DNA from: Octopus vulgaris
Taxonomy: Eukaryota
Assembly (NCBI GenBank): GCA_951406725.2
Contig: OX597817.1
Coordinates: 135,408,001 to 135,472,000, forward strand
Direction: 5' to 3'
Length of the DNA: 64,000 bases
Shown here: piece after piece, positions 62,830 to 64,000 of the stretch
How the letters are laid out: each line of letters opens with the position of its first letter
How positions within the stretch are numbered: position 1 is the stretch's first letter
Translations under genes and position numbers: made by a program
Notes under the pieces: model-generated
The model's database searches: none
What the model saw: only the letters and a program-made list of their open reading frames with translations
Told to the model about the DNA's origin: nothing

Positions 62830-63195
62830 CTGATAACACTCAAAGCACAGATTCTGAAACTAGCACACATACAATTATCTGTGTGACTGGTTTGAAGAAT
62901 GAGATCAACCCCCAACATCTGAGAAATACAAGCACATAACTGCCCTGCCTGGCAAAGCTACACCAACAGAGGTGCCATCTCCTATGAACAAAACAGGTCT
63001 GTAGGGCCACAAAGAAAATGCAAAGTGCACAATTCCTGGACCAACTCGTTACTTTCAGTCTCAACAGACCACCAATGCAGACCCCGACCTGCAGCAGAGC
63101 TTTCTGAGAATGCATTGGACTGATTGACCACAGCTGGACATACTGGGCCCCGTCTTCTTCTCACATTTGATGTTGCCCTTCGTCATCATCGATGA
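62830..63195 (+). mobile_element. RTE-clade LINE 3' end relic
   Basis: ..YEQNR..PTCSRAF*ECIGLIDHSWT resembles the RTE C-terminal C..C.R.F...IGL.SH.R.H finger; ends gtcatcatcgatgac. Confidence 0.6.
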
Positions 63196-63837
63196 CAACA
63201 GATAAATTAATGAAAGTTTCGATAATGAGACAAATAGTTACTGTGATCAATTAATTTGAATAATTATCTGCTGTAATGTGTATTGTTGCAACCTTTAGAT
63301 TTTACAGTCATCATTGTGAGGGGTGGGGGTTACTTGAGGACATATTACAGAGTGACCAAAGCATTTTATGAATAAAGCATCTCTAACTCACAATATATTG
63401 ATCTTGTATTTTTTTAAATGTAACAAAAACACACAAAAATATTTAATAAGCAAAAAATTTGTAAACAAACATTGATGGAGCTTATACTAAATAATGTTTG
63501 ACCTTCAGGAAGAATAGAGGTCAAAATATTTTGAAGTTCAATGGAAGGAATTGGTATTGAAGAGAGTTTATGATTGAAGTGAAGACTATTGATTTCATCA
63601 GACCATTGAAATGATAAAAGTAATTCTTCCTTTATGGGATCAAAGGTGAAGAACTGCAAGACATTGCTCTCCTTGGTAAACCATTATTTATTGGTAAACT
63701 GAAGAAGACATCAAAGGGAAGTCCATGGTTGGAACCCTTTTGAATGTCTCTCCAACAATAAAGGAAAAATAAAACTAATTTCAATTAATTGTTGGAAGCA
63801 TATCTTTGTAAATAACAGTTTTTTGCTTGGGCACACA

Positions 63838-63879
<42 letters not shown>

Positions 63880-64000
63880 GATCAAGAGTTGAAGGGAAGA
63901 ACACAGAAAGGTGTGTGGTAAGAATGGAGGTTAGGGTAAGGAAGTATTCTTTAGGCTGATCGAAAATGGAAGGCAAAATGGAAGTCAGTTAGTGACAAAA

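Noticed and set aside
63414-63760. Possible coding exon near the window end
   Set aside because: Plus-strand frames are closed and the minus-strand peptide is unrecognisable; the CTGATGA there has no partner GAAA stem.

Overview
AT-rich, microsatellite-dense eukaryotic DNA made almost entirely of transposable elements. The SINE families look cephalopod (Octopus-like), which is an inference. No intact cellular protein-coding gene is supported, and most listed ORFs are microsatellite translations. One GC-rich stretch ending in a splice donor near 59.6-59.7 kb may be a first exon. Recognisable elements: a full-length but dead mellifera-type mariner, Tc1/mariner, hAT, piggyBac-like, Helitron and Helentron-type non-autonomous elements, CR1-group, RTE and R4/Dong LINE remnants, a Gypsy integrase relic, at least four tRNA-derived SINE families, and many Penelope-like (PLE) fragments in (TA)n tracts carrying hammerhead ribozyme (HHR) motifs. 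Main finding: two related ORF-less tandem elements (12.2-14.6 kb, 33.5-34.0 kb) carry all three HHR strands in reversed order. This is not type I, II or III, and the stems show compensatory changes between the two families, so it is a candidate pseudoknotted hammerhead topology. Also notable are a tRNA-headed SINE ending in a PLE-type hammerhead and a SINE present as 1-, 2-, 3- and 9-mers. All RNA structures were paired by eye and are untested.
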